Virus record (IMG/VR): IMGVR_UViG_3300032288_000863
Span: 1-61,955 of that record
DNA: 61,955 nt
Direction: 5' to 3' (one strand)
From: a virus
Lineage: Duplodnaviria > Caudoviricetes
Of this stretch, positions 20,321 to 28,299 are shown in pieces. How positions within the stretch are numbered: position 1 is the first letter of the stretch; each line of letters begins with the position of its first letter. The notes under the pieces are model-generated. The model was not told the origin of the DNA. It ran no database searches and saw only the letters and a program-made list of their open reading frames with translations. A program made the position numbers and the translations under genes.

Positions 20321-21001
20321 TTAGGCGCGTATCCAAGGGAAGGCGGTGAGGGTGGAAGACCCTGCGGCAGCGATTGATGTAACTAGAAGATTTTTATTCC
20401 CAGATACGACAGTGGCAGTGGCCGTAACGGTAGATGTCCCGGCGGAGACGCCCGTAGCGTCTGCACAGGCGCTGGTGTAGTTGATTTCATCGGACTCCGT
20501 TCGTTCAGTAACGGTAGCGTTCCACGTAAATGTTGGAGTAGCAGACCCACACCCTACAATCGCCAGTATTGCCGCCCCAGCAGATGAAGTGACTCCTGTA
20601 TTTGAGATAGTCGTAACGGTGTTATCAGCAGTGGTCGTACCGCTATATTCGACTGCGCCTGTAGCGGCTCCAGATAGCTGCCATGCATACCATGTGACGT
20701 TTGCTATGCTATTGGGGGACGTTGACACATCTATAGTTTTTGAACCAGATGCAGCGCCGCCCGCTACATCGTAGTAATACGCATATGTTTTTTGTGCCGG
20801 GTCACTAGGGTTAGATACAGACGTAATCAGCGTCATGGCGTTACCGTCAAAAGTAACGCCTGTTACGCCGGGTGTCGATTCAATATGTGCTAATACTATT
20901 ATTTTTCTGCTAGTTCCAGCGCTAAGGGTTACCGGACCAGAATGCGAAGTTCCAGATACTGTTTCGACAAACGTAGCGGTATTAACAATCGCAATAGCCA
21001 T
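20321..21001 (-). CDS. beta-sandwich tail appendage protein (type B)
   Basis: GVTFDGNAMT motif, Thr/Ser/Ala-rich. Confidence 0.55.
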   Translation of the reverse strand: MAIAIVNTATFVETVSGTSHSGPVTLSAGTSRKIIVLAHIESTPGVTGVTFDGNAMTLITSVSNPSDPAQKTYAYYYDVAGGAASGSKTIDVSTSPNSIANVTWYAWQLSGAATGAVEYSGTTTADNTVTTISNTGVTSSAGAAILAIVGCGSATPTFTWNATVTERTESDEINYTSACADATGVSAGTSTVTATATVVSGNKNLLVTSIAAAGSSTLTAFPWIRA

Positions 21002-21792
21002 CAGATCCCCGCAGGACGCGTGTAGCCAATTTTGAAATTTCGGTAATCCTCAATCACACCTGCTGCATTAGCGTATTCAAAAAGCCCTACTTGTCCGCGA
21101 TCTTGATACAAATATAAGTCCGCTGACGAAACCCCCGGGTTTGTACCGTCACTGTTTGTGGTAGCACAGTTCCAAACATTTATTGCGTGAAGTACAAGAA
21201 CGTCGTCCTTCCAAACAGCAAACTCTCCATCTGCGGTGTTGTCGCTGTTGGGTTTCCACCATACTTTATATTTCTCCCAAACAGTTCCGCTAATGTTATT
21301 AGTCACTTGGCTAGCTTGATATACAAGAAATGTTGGGGCTGATCTATTTGGGACTGATCCGCCACTTAAAACTGCATTACAATAATATCCAACATCGTTA
21401 TCGCCGCCATTACTGTCATCAGAATAAATAATTCCAACATTTATATTATTATATCCACCAATTGCCGTACCAAAAGTAAAATTTGAATATTTGGTATAAG
21501 GCGAAACAAAAACGCCTTGTGAAAGCGCTTTAAGCTGTTTAGAGCAGGCGCTCATTTGTCGCCGTATTTCATACTCAACCAGAATTGATGGGTTTCCCGC
21601 AGGGACCACGTATCGAAGTGCTGTAACCCCAGCGACGTTAGAGGTGACGCGGGCAAAGCCGCCCGCATCCCACACAATCGACCCTTTGTCGGTAATTGTA
21701 TCGAATCCAGCCAACCCCGTACTTAATCCCTCAAACGCCCATGTATAACTAGGTGTTACGAGTCCCCATCCCGGCGTAGAGATAAATGTCAT
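21001..21792 (-). CDS. lectin/polysaccharide-lyase-like jelly-roll protein (type A)
   Basis: KQLK, YSNFTFG, WEKYKVWWKPNS..DGEFAVWKD match 19550-20320. Confidence 0.5.
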   Translation of the reverse strand: MTFISTPGWGLVTPSYTWAFEGLSTGLAGFDTITDKGSIVWDAGGFARVTSNVAGVTALRYVVPAGNPSILVEYEIRRQMSACSKQLKALSQGVFVSPYTKYSNFTFGTAIGGYNNINVGIIYSDDSNGGDNDVGYYCNAVLSGGSVPNRSAPTFLVYQASQVTNNISGTVWEKYKVWWKPNSDNTADGEFAVWKDDVLVLHAINVWNCATTNSDGTNPGVSSADLYLYQDRGQVGLFEYANAAGVIEDYRNFKIGYTRPAGI

Positions 21793-21808
21793 TATCTATC
21801 TCCTTTAA

Positions 21809-22213
21809 CTAACCTCGTACTATACGAAGAATAGCTGTAGTGGAAGTAGCCGCAGGGAACTGCACCGTGAATGTGTTTGTCGCAGTTTTATCCGCGCCGA
21901 AGTCCAGCACGGCAACTGCTTGATTACTTTGCGCCGTGTTGTAGATCAGACCGCCGCGAGCGGTAAAAGACGCAGGGGACCATACAGCATTATCAAACGA
22001 AATATATGTAATGCCATCTGCCGTAGTGGGGCTTACTGATAGCGTAAGACTGACCCCGCCTGCCGTGTATCCCCCACCGGATACTTCATCAGAAGTAGTG
22101 TACGCAGTGGTGGAGCTATCCAGCGTTGCTGCGCTTGTATACAGAGCGAGTTTAAAAGTGCCTGTCAAAGCCTGTTCTTGAAACGCGTCCGTAGTGGTTT
22201 GAGTGATTGCCAT
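21809..22213 (-). CDS. tail structural protein
   Basis: FKLALYT..., GYTAGG, VAVLDFGADKT..TFTVQFP, a conserved phage structural pattern. Confidence 0.65.
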   Translation of the reverse strand: MAITQTTTDAFQEQALTGTFKLALYTSAATLDSSTTAYTTSDEVSGGGYTAGGVSLTLSVSPTTADGITYISFDNAVWSPASFTARGGLIYNTAQSNQAVAVLDFGADKTATNTFTVQFPAATSTTAILRIVRG

Positions 22214-22214
22214 A

Positions 22215-22877
22215 TCAATTTACCGGCTGTCGGAATTGGCCCGACCGATAAGCGTCCTGACGCTCCATACCATCACCAAGACGCTTCGCCATAGCAAGAG
22301 CTTCTTTGTACTTCCCATCATAAAGCTGCAGGAGATCAGGCTCGCCTTTCAGATAGGTATACGCTTCAACAAGAGAGCCATACAGGAGAACAGGATCAAA
22401 GTTGTCACCCAGCCATGTCTGTCCAGACGCCGCTGTCGTAATCGACTCTGGATAAAAGAAATAATGAAGTTCTACCGTGTAGCCTGATCCCGGAGTCGGA
22501 CCAAGAATAAATGACAGTTCTGTCGGCGCAGCCGACTGTGGTCCGAACAGTGCGTAATAGCGGGGAAGCCCCGTGGTCGCAGCGGATGTATAGGCTTCAC
22601 GAATAAAGTTAACGTCCTTGTTCAGAAGATACGAATACACTCCGGTACCGTCGATCACCGCGAGGGAATACACCGCAAGGAAATCATCTGGGCAGCTAAG
22701 ATATGCGTTGCCGGAAGTAACCGTGCCAGTCACGTTTTTCCGAAGCGACGGAAACTGCACCGAATTAAAGATGCGGGTTTCCGCCTGACGAATGAACGTC
22801 GGGATTTGCGCTGCAAACGTCGTATCAGGATTCTCGACGTACCCAGCAATCGCGGCTTGCAGTTGGGTGTAGTTCAT
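22215..22877 (-). CDS. head-tail adaptor / tail tubular protein
   Basis: MNYTQL..AI, IRQAE.RI, GLPRYY, GPTP, LLYGSLVEA. Confidence 0.7.
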   Translation of the reverse strand: MNYTQLQAAIAGYVENPDTTFAAQIPTFIRQAETRIFNSVQFPSLRKNVTGTVTSGNAYLSCPDDFLAVYSLAVIDGTGVYSYLLNKDVNFIREAYTSAATTGLPRYYALFGPQSAAPTELSFILGPTPGSGYTVELHYFFYPESITTAASGQTWLGDNFDPVLLYGSLVEAYTYLKGEPDLLQLYDGKYKEALAMAKRLGDGMERQDAYRSGQFRQPVN

Positions 22878-22883
22878 ATCGAC

Positions 22884-23036
22884 TCACGCCATAGGTCCGC
22901 GAGCCGTAACCCCTTTAGTGGCTGCGCCATTACCGCGAGTCTTGACCCCGGTGGTCTTCACGCCTTTTTGAGGATACCCGTTTTGACCCAACGAATTCTT
23001 GTTAGGCTTAGGCTGGTTGTACTTGGTAGTAGCCAT
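22884..23036 (-). CDS. small basic protein (50 aa)
   Basis: Below cutoff; MATTKYNQP...KTRGNGAATKGVTARGPMA; GGAGG RBS. Confidence 0.65.
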   Translation of the reverse strand: MATTKYNQPKPNKNSLGQNGYPQKGVKTTGVKTRGNGAATKGVTARGPMA

Positions 23037-23037
23037 A

Positions 23038-23175
23038 TCAGCCTCCCCGGCGACCAGTTTTCTTCTGGTTGGCTACTTTAGCAAGGCCACGGCCCAGCTT
23101 GAGCATTTGCATGTTGGTCTTGCCACCAGCAGCGTAACCTTTGCTCATTTTGCCGCCACACGCTTTACCTTTCAT
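23038..23175 (-). CDS. small basic protein (45 aa)
   Basis: Below cutoff; MKGKACGGKMSKGYAAGGKT...; AGGAGA RBS. Confidence 0.65.
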   Translation of the reverse strand: MKGKACGGKMSKGYAAGGKTNMQMLKLGRGLAKVANQKKTGRRGG

Positions 23176-23184
23176 GGTTTTCTC

Positions 23185-23574
23185 CTATGTCACAGCTACA
23201 GTAACTGACCCTACATAAAGGGTCATACGAAGGCTATTGGGGGTAAGAAGCTGATCCGGGTTAGTACTACCACCCACAGGATTCCAGCCCCACTCAATGA
23301 CCCTGCTGCCTTCTCCCAAGTTTCCGTTAGCAAGTGTACCAGAGACTCGGTAAGTTGTATCTCGACGTGGGTTACGTAGGGCTTGTGGATCATTGACCGG
23401 GTACATACCCAGTTGAAGTTGTGGGTGGTCGGGCTCCCAGCAGGATGGACAGACCAGAATGTTGACGTTCTTGGTCTTGATAGTCAGAGTTTTGAGTTGC
23501 TTCAGCTTGTAGCGAAACCCACAGCGGTCGCACTGCGCTATCGCTTTTTTGCCTATGGCAAATTGGTTTGCCAC
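23185..23574 (-). CDS. Zn-binding virion-arm protein
   Basis: CDRC...CPSC, EPDHPQL, DPQALRNPR. Confidence 0.6.
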   Translation of the reverse strand: MANQFAIGKKAIAQCDRCGFRYKLKQLKTLTIKTKNVNILVCPSCWEPDHPQLQLGMYPVNDPQALRNPRRDTTYRVSGTLANGNLGEGSRVIEWGWNPVGGSTNPDQLLTPNSLRMTLYVGSVTVAVT

Positions 23575-23577
23575 GGT

Positions 23578-24261
23578 TTATCTACCGAACATATAGCGCG
23601 GCACGAACCGCACAGGAGCCTTTTCACGATCCTCTTCGGCAGCGTTAGCCCACGCCTCGTCGTACTGGGCTTTCAAGACTTCCATCCGTACCATCGCGTC
23701 AGGTACTTTCATAGACAAATAGTAAGCCAGACCACAGACAAGCGCGGGAAGGAACCTAAACGGTACGTCCATCGTGTTAGTACCGGACCCGGCATCCTGA
23801 ACCCGCCGCAGCCGCCAGTACACAAATGTATATGTCTGAGAAGAGTCCGGCGTGGGCCACACCGTAATCTCAGGAGATTCAAGCCGTTTAACCCAGACTT
23901 GGATGGGCCGCCCTGTAGCAGTTTTCGTTGGAATACTGGCGTAGGTAGAAGAACTGATACGCGAGATTGTTATATCAGACTGCGTCGTGCCGCTGCCTGT
24001 GCGGATAACATGATCCAGAAGATCGACCGTATCTACTGGGAGGGGGTAGGTGGCCGTGCCCGGTGTAAGAGCTACCGTGCCCTGCTCCAGCGTCCACAGG
24101 TTTACACCCCGGTTAGCCCAGTCTTGGAACAATAAGTTCAAAGACCGTCGTGCAGTGCGAAAATCGTAACCAGACCGCAACTCGGCACCGCAGCGCTCAA
24201 ACGCCTCTTCGATTATCTCGGAGAGATCAAGATTAAACGATGTAGTGCCAGAAGTGGTCAT
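23578..24261 (-). CDS. head-tail connector protein
   Basis: IIEEAFERCG, ARRSLNL...WANRG.NLW, WPTPD, PFRFLP. Confidence 0.7.
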   Translation of the reverse strand: MTTSGTTSFNLDLSEIIEEAFERCGAELRSGYDFRTARRSLNLLFQDWANRGVNLWTLEQGTVALTPGTATYPLPVDTVDLLDHVIRTGSGTTQSDITISRISSSTYASIPTKTATGRPIQVWVKRLESPEITVWPTPDSSQTYTFVYWRLRRVQDAGSGTNTMDVPFRFLPALVCGLAYYLSMKVPDAMVRMEVLKAQYDEAWANAAEEDREKAPVRFVPRYMFGR

Positions 24262-24264
24262 GGT

Positions 24265-25032
24265 TTAGGCCATATAGCGCCGAAAATCAGCAAACCTGCT
24301 CCCAAGATCTCCAAGCCCACCGAACCCACCAAAATAATTAGGTGCTTGGCTTTGCATATTTTGACGCCCGAAACCGTACCCGGGCACGCCGTATTGGCCG
24401 AAGTCGCGGTACCGAGCCGCGGATTGCATAGCTTGTTGAGCCATTTGCTGACTAGGAAAAGTGGCCGGTTGAGTTTGTGCGACCTGACTCCCAAGTCTAT
24501 TTGGAGCAAGGCTCCGATTTTGCTGTTGAGATCCCGGAGGCGTACTAAAACCTCGCAGTTGCTGTACGTCTGGAGCATTTTGCGGGGCTTGTTGGGCTCT
24601 CTGCTGAAGCCCAGTAGAAACCGTGGGCGGCTGAGTTTGTGTGGTCTGACTTCCAAGTCTATTTGGAGCAAGGCTACGATTTTGCTGTTGGAGTCCCGGG
24701 GGCGTACTAAAACCCCGCATACTTTCGTAGCCACTCATTACACTTGGACTAAGAGTCCGCGGATACTGGGGCGGGTAAGGAGTTTGTTGGTAACCCCGCA
24801 TCTGCTGCTGATAACCCAACATCCCACCATAATCACCTACGCCGCCGCCGTAGCCGCCGTAACCATCTGTGTAATACGGGGTGCGGGGCTGCATCATGCC
24901 CATATACCCACCCATTTGACGGGGCTGCATCATGGCAGCGTACCCGCCCATACCACCATAGCCACCGCCGTAGTTTTGCGGCACGCCATAACCGCCAAAG
25001 TCACCATCGTAATATGGGACCATATCACTCAC
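24265..25032 (-). CDS. low-complexity Gly/Tyr/Gln/Met-rich protein with internal duplication
   Basis: 255 aa; RGFSTPPG.QQQNRSLAPNRLGSQ..QTQP occurs twice. Confidence 0.55.
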   Translation of the reverse strand: MSDMVPYYDGDFGGYGVPQNYGGGYGGMGGYAAMMQPRQMGGYMGMMQPRTPYYTDGYGGYGGGVGDYGGMLGYQQQMRGYQQTPYPPQYPRTLSPSVMSGYESMRGFSTPPGLQQQNRSLAPNRLGSQTTQTQPPTVSTGLQQRAQQAPQNAPDVQQLRGFSTPPGSQQQNRSLAPNRLGSQVAQTQPATFPSQQMAQQAMQSAARYRDFGQYGVPGYGFGRQNMQSQAPNYFGGFGGLGDLGSRFADFRRYMA

Positions 25033-25166
25033 CTCTTTTTACGGGGGCGGCAAACTCCGCCCTTAGAATAAATATCTATTATCTGAGGAGAATCTTTCCG
25101 ACCCAAACGGGTCTTACGCGGTTTTTTCTCGGGGGCTATGGTTCCCATACCACGTGATGGACGCAT
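25029..25166 (-). CDS. small basic protein (45 aa)
   Basis: Below cutoff; MRPSRGMGTI...YSKGGVCRPRKKR; coupled to upstream stop. Confidence 0.6.
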   Translation of the reverse strand: MRPSRGMGTIAPEKKPRKTRLGRKDSPQIIDIYSKGGVCRPRKKR

Positions 25167-25432
25167 CAACAGATCCTGCCCTTCGTTTTGCCTTTGCGAG
25201 CAACGCCATCGGCTTTAACTGCACCGCCTTTAGCATAGCCCATTTCTTTGTGCTCTTTCGCTTCGTACTTACGAAGGCTCTTGGGGGCACCTTTTAGTGC
25301 ACGCTCTTCCTGCTTCGCAATCTTGCGAGTATCTTTTTCCTTACCAGCAGCCTCACGCTTCTCGTGAGTGGCAAGTTTGGCCTTGCCTTTCTTGGCAAAG
25401 AACGCAGCCATTTTGCTAGACATTTTGTCCAT
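25166..25432 (-). CDS. small basic protein
   Basis: 88 aa Lys-rich, ends YAKGGAVKADGVARKGKTKGRIC. Confidence 0.7.
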   Translation of the reverse strand: MDKMSSKMAAFFAKKGKAKLATHEKREAAGKEKDTRKIAKQEERALKGAPKSLRKYEAKEHKEMGYAKGGAVKADGVARKGKTKGRIC

Positions 25433-26205
25433 TAGATAAGTCTCCCACGAGTTTTGCCTTTACGAGCAACGCCATTGGCTTTTACGTGACCGCCTTTAGC
25501 ATAACCTTTTTCTTTCAGCCGCTTAAACACAGCGTTGTCTTCGCCAATATCCGCCATGAATTCTTTCATGCGGTCTACTTTAGGCGCAGCAGGCTTAGAT
25601 TTAACAGTAGGAATATCAGCTACCGGCATAGCGCGTTTTCTAGCCGCTACAGCTACACCCGGAAGTTCTTTGTCCTGAAACTTTTTAAGTGCTGAAGCAG
25701 ATACTTGCTTCATGTAATCAGATTGGCCCGCGTTTCGCTTGGCTCCCCCGCGCTTACGCGCGGCTTCAAGAGCGGCTTTTTCTGCCTGTTCTTGCTTGTA
25801 TTCAGTCCTGCGATTTAGAAAGCCAGCCACTTTATCCCGCGCCCACAGCGCAGGTTTGGTGTCTTTGAGTGCGTCGCCTACTTGGTACGCGGTAATCGCT
25901 GCACCGACAGGCCCTGCAAAACGTGCAGCGCCACGAAGAAATCCCTTACCAAGTGCAGATGTAGCGGAACGTGCAGCTTGCCGTTTTGCAGCTTCACGTG
26001 AAGCAGCTTGTGCTTCGCCTTCTACTGCGGAACTGAATGGTGCGGAAGATTTCGGAGTAGGTTTTGGTTTTGGAGGAGATTTAGGCTTAGGCTTTTTCTC
26101 TTCCAACCCAGTAGCATAATCTCCACCTCTAGGAGTGCCAGCCCGCATTTTTTCACGCGGCTTCCCCGGCTTTACCTCTTCCATCCCACTAAAATAGTCC
26201 CCCAT
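25432..26205 (-). CDS. basic protein
   Basis: 257 aa, ends YAKGGHVKANGVARKGKTRGRLI. Confidence 0.7.
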   Translation of the reverse strand: MGDYFSGMEEVKPGKPREKMRAGTPRGGDYATGLEEKKPKPKSPPKPKPTPKSSAPFSSAVEGEAQAASREAAKRQAARSATSALGKGFLRGAARFAGPVGAAITAYQVGDALKDTKPALWARDKVAGFLNRRTEYKQEQAEKAALEAARKRGGAKRNAGQSDYMKQVSASALKKFQDKELPGVAVAARKRAMPVADIPTVKSKPAAPKVDRMKEFMADIGEDNAVFKRLKEKGYAKGGHVKANGVARKGKTRGRLI

Positions 26206-26474
26206 TACACAAATCTCCCTTTTGTTTTGCCCTTGGTGCAGCAGCCGTCACCACGGGTGACCATGCCACCCTTAGCCATCTTTTTGTACGGCCTATCAGG
26301 GGACATTTTCTTGTACGGCCTGTCAGGGGGGGCTTTTGCTTTAGGCTTGGGCGGAGGCATATCAGCGAGCCCGAGATTGTATGCTTCAGAGGCTTCGTTA
26401 TAGCCGCCCTCTTCAGCCTCTCTGTCGGCTGCGTCTTTTTCTTCCGGGGTCATTTCGCTGTAGCTCTTAGGCAT
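26205..26474 (-). CDS. small protein, acidic N-terminus and basic C-terminus
   Basis: 89 aa, ends MAKGGMVTRGDGCCTKGKTKGRFV; PDRPYKKM twice. Confidence 0.7.
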   Translation of the reverse strand: MPKSYSEMTPEEKDAADREAEEGGYNEASEAYNLGLADMPPPKPKAKAPPDRPYKKMSPDRPYKKMAKGGMVTRGDGCCTKGKTKGRFV

Positions 26475-26653
26475 TAGCCTTTCCTCATTTTTCCAAGAGT
26501 TTGCGCCAGACGCGCACGCTGGCCCAGTTTGCCGGGAGCTTTAGCTGCGGCGGCGAGTTTCTTGGGCGGAATGGTTTTGCCTTCTTTCACGCCCAAAGAC
26601 GTACGAAGAGCCCCGGGCTTCTTAATAGCTTTCTGAATCCATTTCTCAGCCAT
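26474..26653 (-). CDS. small basic protein
   Basis: ATG 26653 with GAGG RBS; WIQKAIKKPGAL...RARLAQTL. Confidence 0.7.
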   Translation of the reverse strand: MAEKWIQKAIKKPGALRTSLGVKEGKTIPPKKLAAAAKAPGKLGQRARLAQTLGKMRKG

Positions 26654-26655
26654 GT

Positions 26656-26886
26656 TTACCTCTTGGGTTTCCCACTCGGCGTCACCGGCCAACTCTGTCT
26701 AGCTGGCCCCGTTTTCTTCGCCGCCATTACAGCTTTCTGCTTAGGCGACATTTTCGCTGCGGTGGCTTTAGGTCTGCAAGCGGGATACCCGCGTTTATCG
26801 CTAGCCCCTGATCTACCGCACTCTTTACCGGTCTTTACATCGACCCACTTCTCACCAAACCACTTACCAAGCCCAGCCTTAGCCAC
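26656..26886 (-). CDS. small basic protein
   Basis: L.KWF.EKWVDV...CGR...YPACRP. Confidence 0.7.
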   Translation of the reverse strand: MAKAGLGKWFGEKWVDVKTGKECGRSGASDKRGYPACRPKATAAKMSPKQKAVMAAKKTGPARQSWPVTPSGKPKR

Positions 26887-27052
26887 GCTTCTTCACCCGG
26901 TTGTCAGGGCCAGACCAATCTCCCCCGCGCTTCTTGTACTCCTTGGATGCCCAAGCATTGGAGTACGCGCTAGGATGAACGTCAAACTTTGACTTGGCTT
27001 GCGCCTGAACCTTTGACCAAAGCGAAGGATTCTTGGGTTTAGGCGAAGCCAT
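26879..27052 (-). CDS. small basic protein
   Basis: ATG 27052; PSAYSNAW..KEYKKRGG.W. Confidence 0.65.
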   Translation of the reverse strand: MASPKPKNPSLWSKVQAQAKSKFDVHPSAYSNAWASKEYKKRGGDWSGPDNRVKKRG

Positions 27053-27053
27053 G

Positions 27054-27308
27054 TCAGCAATTCCAAGCCCGCAGGCTTTTGTTGATCCGGGAATTCGGAT
27101 CATTTGCCGTCTTCTTGCTGGTGAGCTTCTTTTTCATGCCGCTCATCCGGGCACAAAAGGAATCGCGCCGGGGGCCACCTTCAGGCTGTGGGGCTTTCAG
27201 TCCCGGCTTACCGGGGTTAGCCTTGTTGTAGGAAGCCCTGCCTTTGGCGTTCAAGCCTCCAGCAGGGTTTTTCCCTTCCTTACGTGTCCACGCAGGGGTC
27301 TTAGGCAT
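27054..27308 (-). CDS. small basic protein
   Basis: GGLNAKGR...RRDSFCARM...SL.AWNC. Confidence 0.7.
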   Translation of the reverse strand: MPKTPAWTRKEGKNPAGGLNAKGRASYNKANPGKPGLKAPQPEGGPRRDSFCARMSGMKKKLTSKKTANDPNSRINKSLRAWNC

Positions 27309-27591
27309 AGAATGCAGTCACCGTGCAGCCAGACAAGGTAGCGTGTACGTCTGTCTCAAACAGAATCCCGTTGTCGGGGATGTACACAGTGTTAGTAGCA
27401 CCCGTACCAGCAGCCGAAGCTGCTACGTCCATTTGAAACTCTACCGTCCCAGATGCCCCGCCATCTCGTAAAATGACGCTGCCAGCGGCAGCGCCAGACA
27501 CTACAACGAGGCTTCTAATACGCGTCCGATAGCTAACAAGTGTTCCAGTAGACCCTAGATAGACACTTTTAATATCAGTTTGCATACTCAT
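27301..27591 (-). CDS. small virion structural protein
   Basis: 96 aa beta-rich, IPDNGILF. Confidence 0.6.
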   Translation of the reverse strand: MSMQTDIKSVYLGSTGTLVSYRTRIRSLVVVSGAAAGSVILRDGGASGTVEFQMDVAASAAGTGATNTVYIPDNGILFETDVHATLSGCTVTAFYA

Positions 27592-27613
27592 GGTTCTGCT
27601 CCCTGATTAACTA

Positions 27614-28096
27614 TCAGGCGCTAACGGGGTTCTGACCACCGTTATCTGCACGCTGAACATACTGGACGGTCAGGATATAGCGGCCCGCCGTCAGAGTGGC
27701 CGTACCTACGGCCAGACGTACATATACTGTCGTGTCTGCCGAAGTCGAAGTCTGCCACGCAAGCTGAGTAGCTGCCGTTGCCGTACCACGGAAACGCCCA
27801 CCAGCGGTGGTAGCAACCGCCGCCATAAGCTGGGCACCGCCACTAGCATTACCTACCGAAATGGTAGTGGTGCCTGCCGTGGCTGCAACAACTTGGTCAA
27901 CGACGATATCGGTGATCTGCGAACCTTTGGGGAGGTTAAAGATCAGCGTATCGACGTTTCCCGTGACCGTGCCGGTAAGGTCACCGGAGTCGTAAGATTG
28001 AGCAAGAACCGCCAGACCGCAGTTGCGACCTTGAGCAACAGTACCTTCACGTACCGTGCCGGAGCGGATAGGACCAGAAAATGTCGAAAAAGACAT
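27614..28096 (-). CDS. capsid decoration/minor virion protein
   Basis: STFSGPIRSG N-terminus; directly after capsid gene; GAGGA RBS. Confidence 0.6.
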   Translation of the reverse strand: MSFSTFSGPIRSGTVREGTVAQGRNCGLAVLAQSYDSGDLTGTVTGNVDTLIFNLPKGSQITDIVVDQVVAATAGTTTISVGNASGGAQLMAAVATTAGGRFRGTATAATQLAWQTSTSADTTVYVRLAVGTATLTAGRYILTVQYVQRADNGGQNPVSA

Positions 28097-28114
28097 GATA
28101 ATTCCTCATATGCG

Positions 28115-28176
28115 AGTTCCCCATCCATCTGCATACAGTCTGCCGGGACAGTGCGGATGGGGCTATTTCCCCGGAG
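28115..28176 (-). ncRNA. structured RNA downstream of gpT-like capsid gene (candidate Mu-gpT-DE-like motif)
   Basis: Stem CCCCATCC/GGATGGGG enclosing CUG-UCCCGG-CAG hairpin; upstream CCGGG complementary to the loop (possible pseudoknot). Confidence 0.5.
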
Positions 28177-28183
28177 TTTTATT

Positions 28184-28212
28184 TTTATAGCACGAAGAAC
28201 TAGATGACGCAA
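28184..28212 (-). promoter_or_regulatory. sigma70-like promoter
   Basis: TTGCGT-17 nt-TATAAA with TGn extended -10. Confidence 0.55.
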
Positions 28213-28223
28213 CAACTGTAGAT

Positions 28224-28250
28224 AAAAAAACGCCCCCACGAGGGGGGCGT
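28224..28250 (-). terminator. intrinsic terminator after major capsid gene
   Basis: ACGCCCCC...GGGGGCGT stem followed by a T run on the minus strand. Confidence 0.8.
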
Positions 28251-28299
28251 GAAAGCCGGGAAGGGGAGGAGGACTACGCCCTCCCCGGAGGTTGACCTA

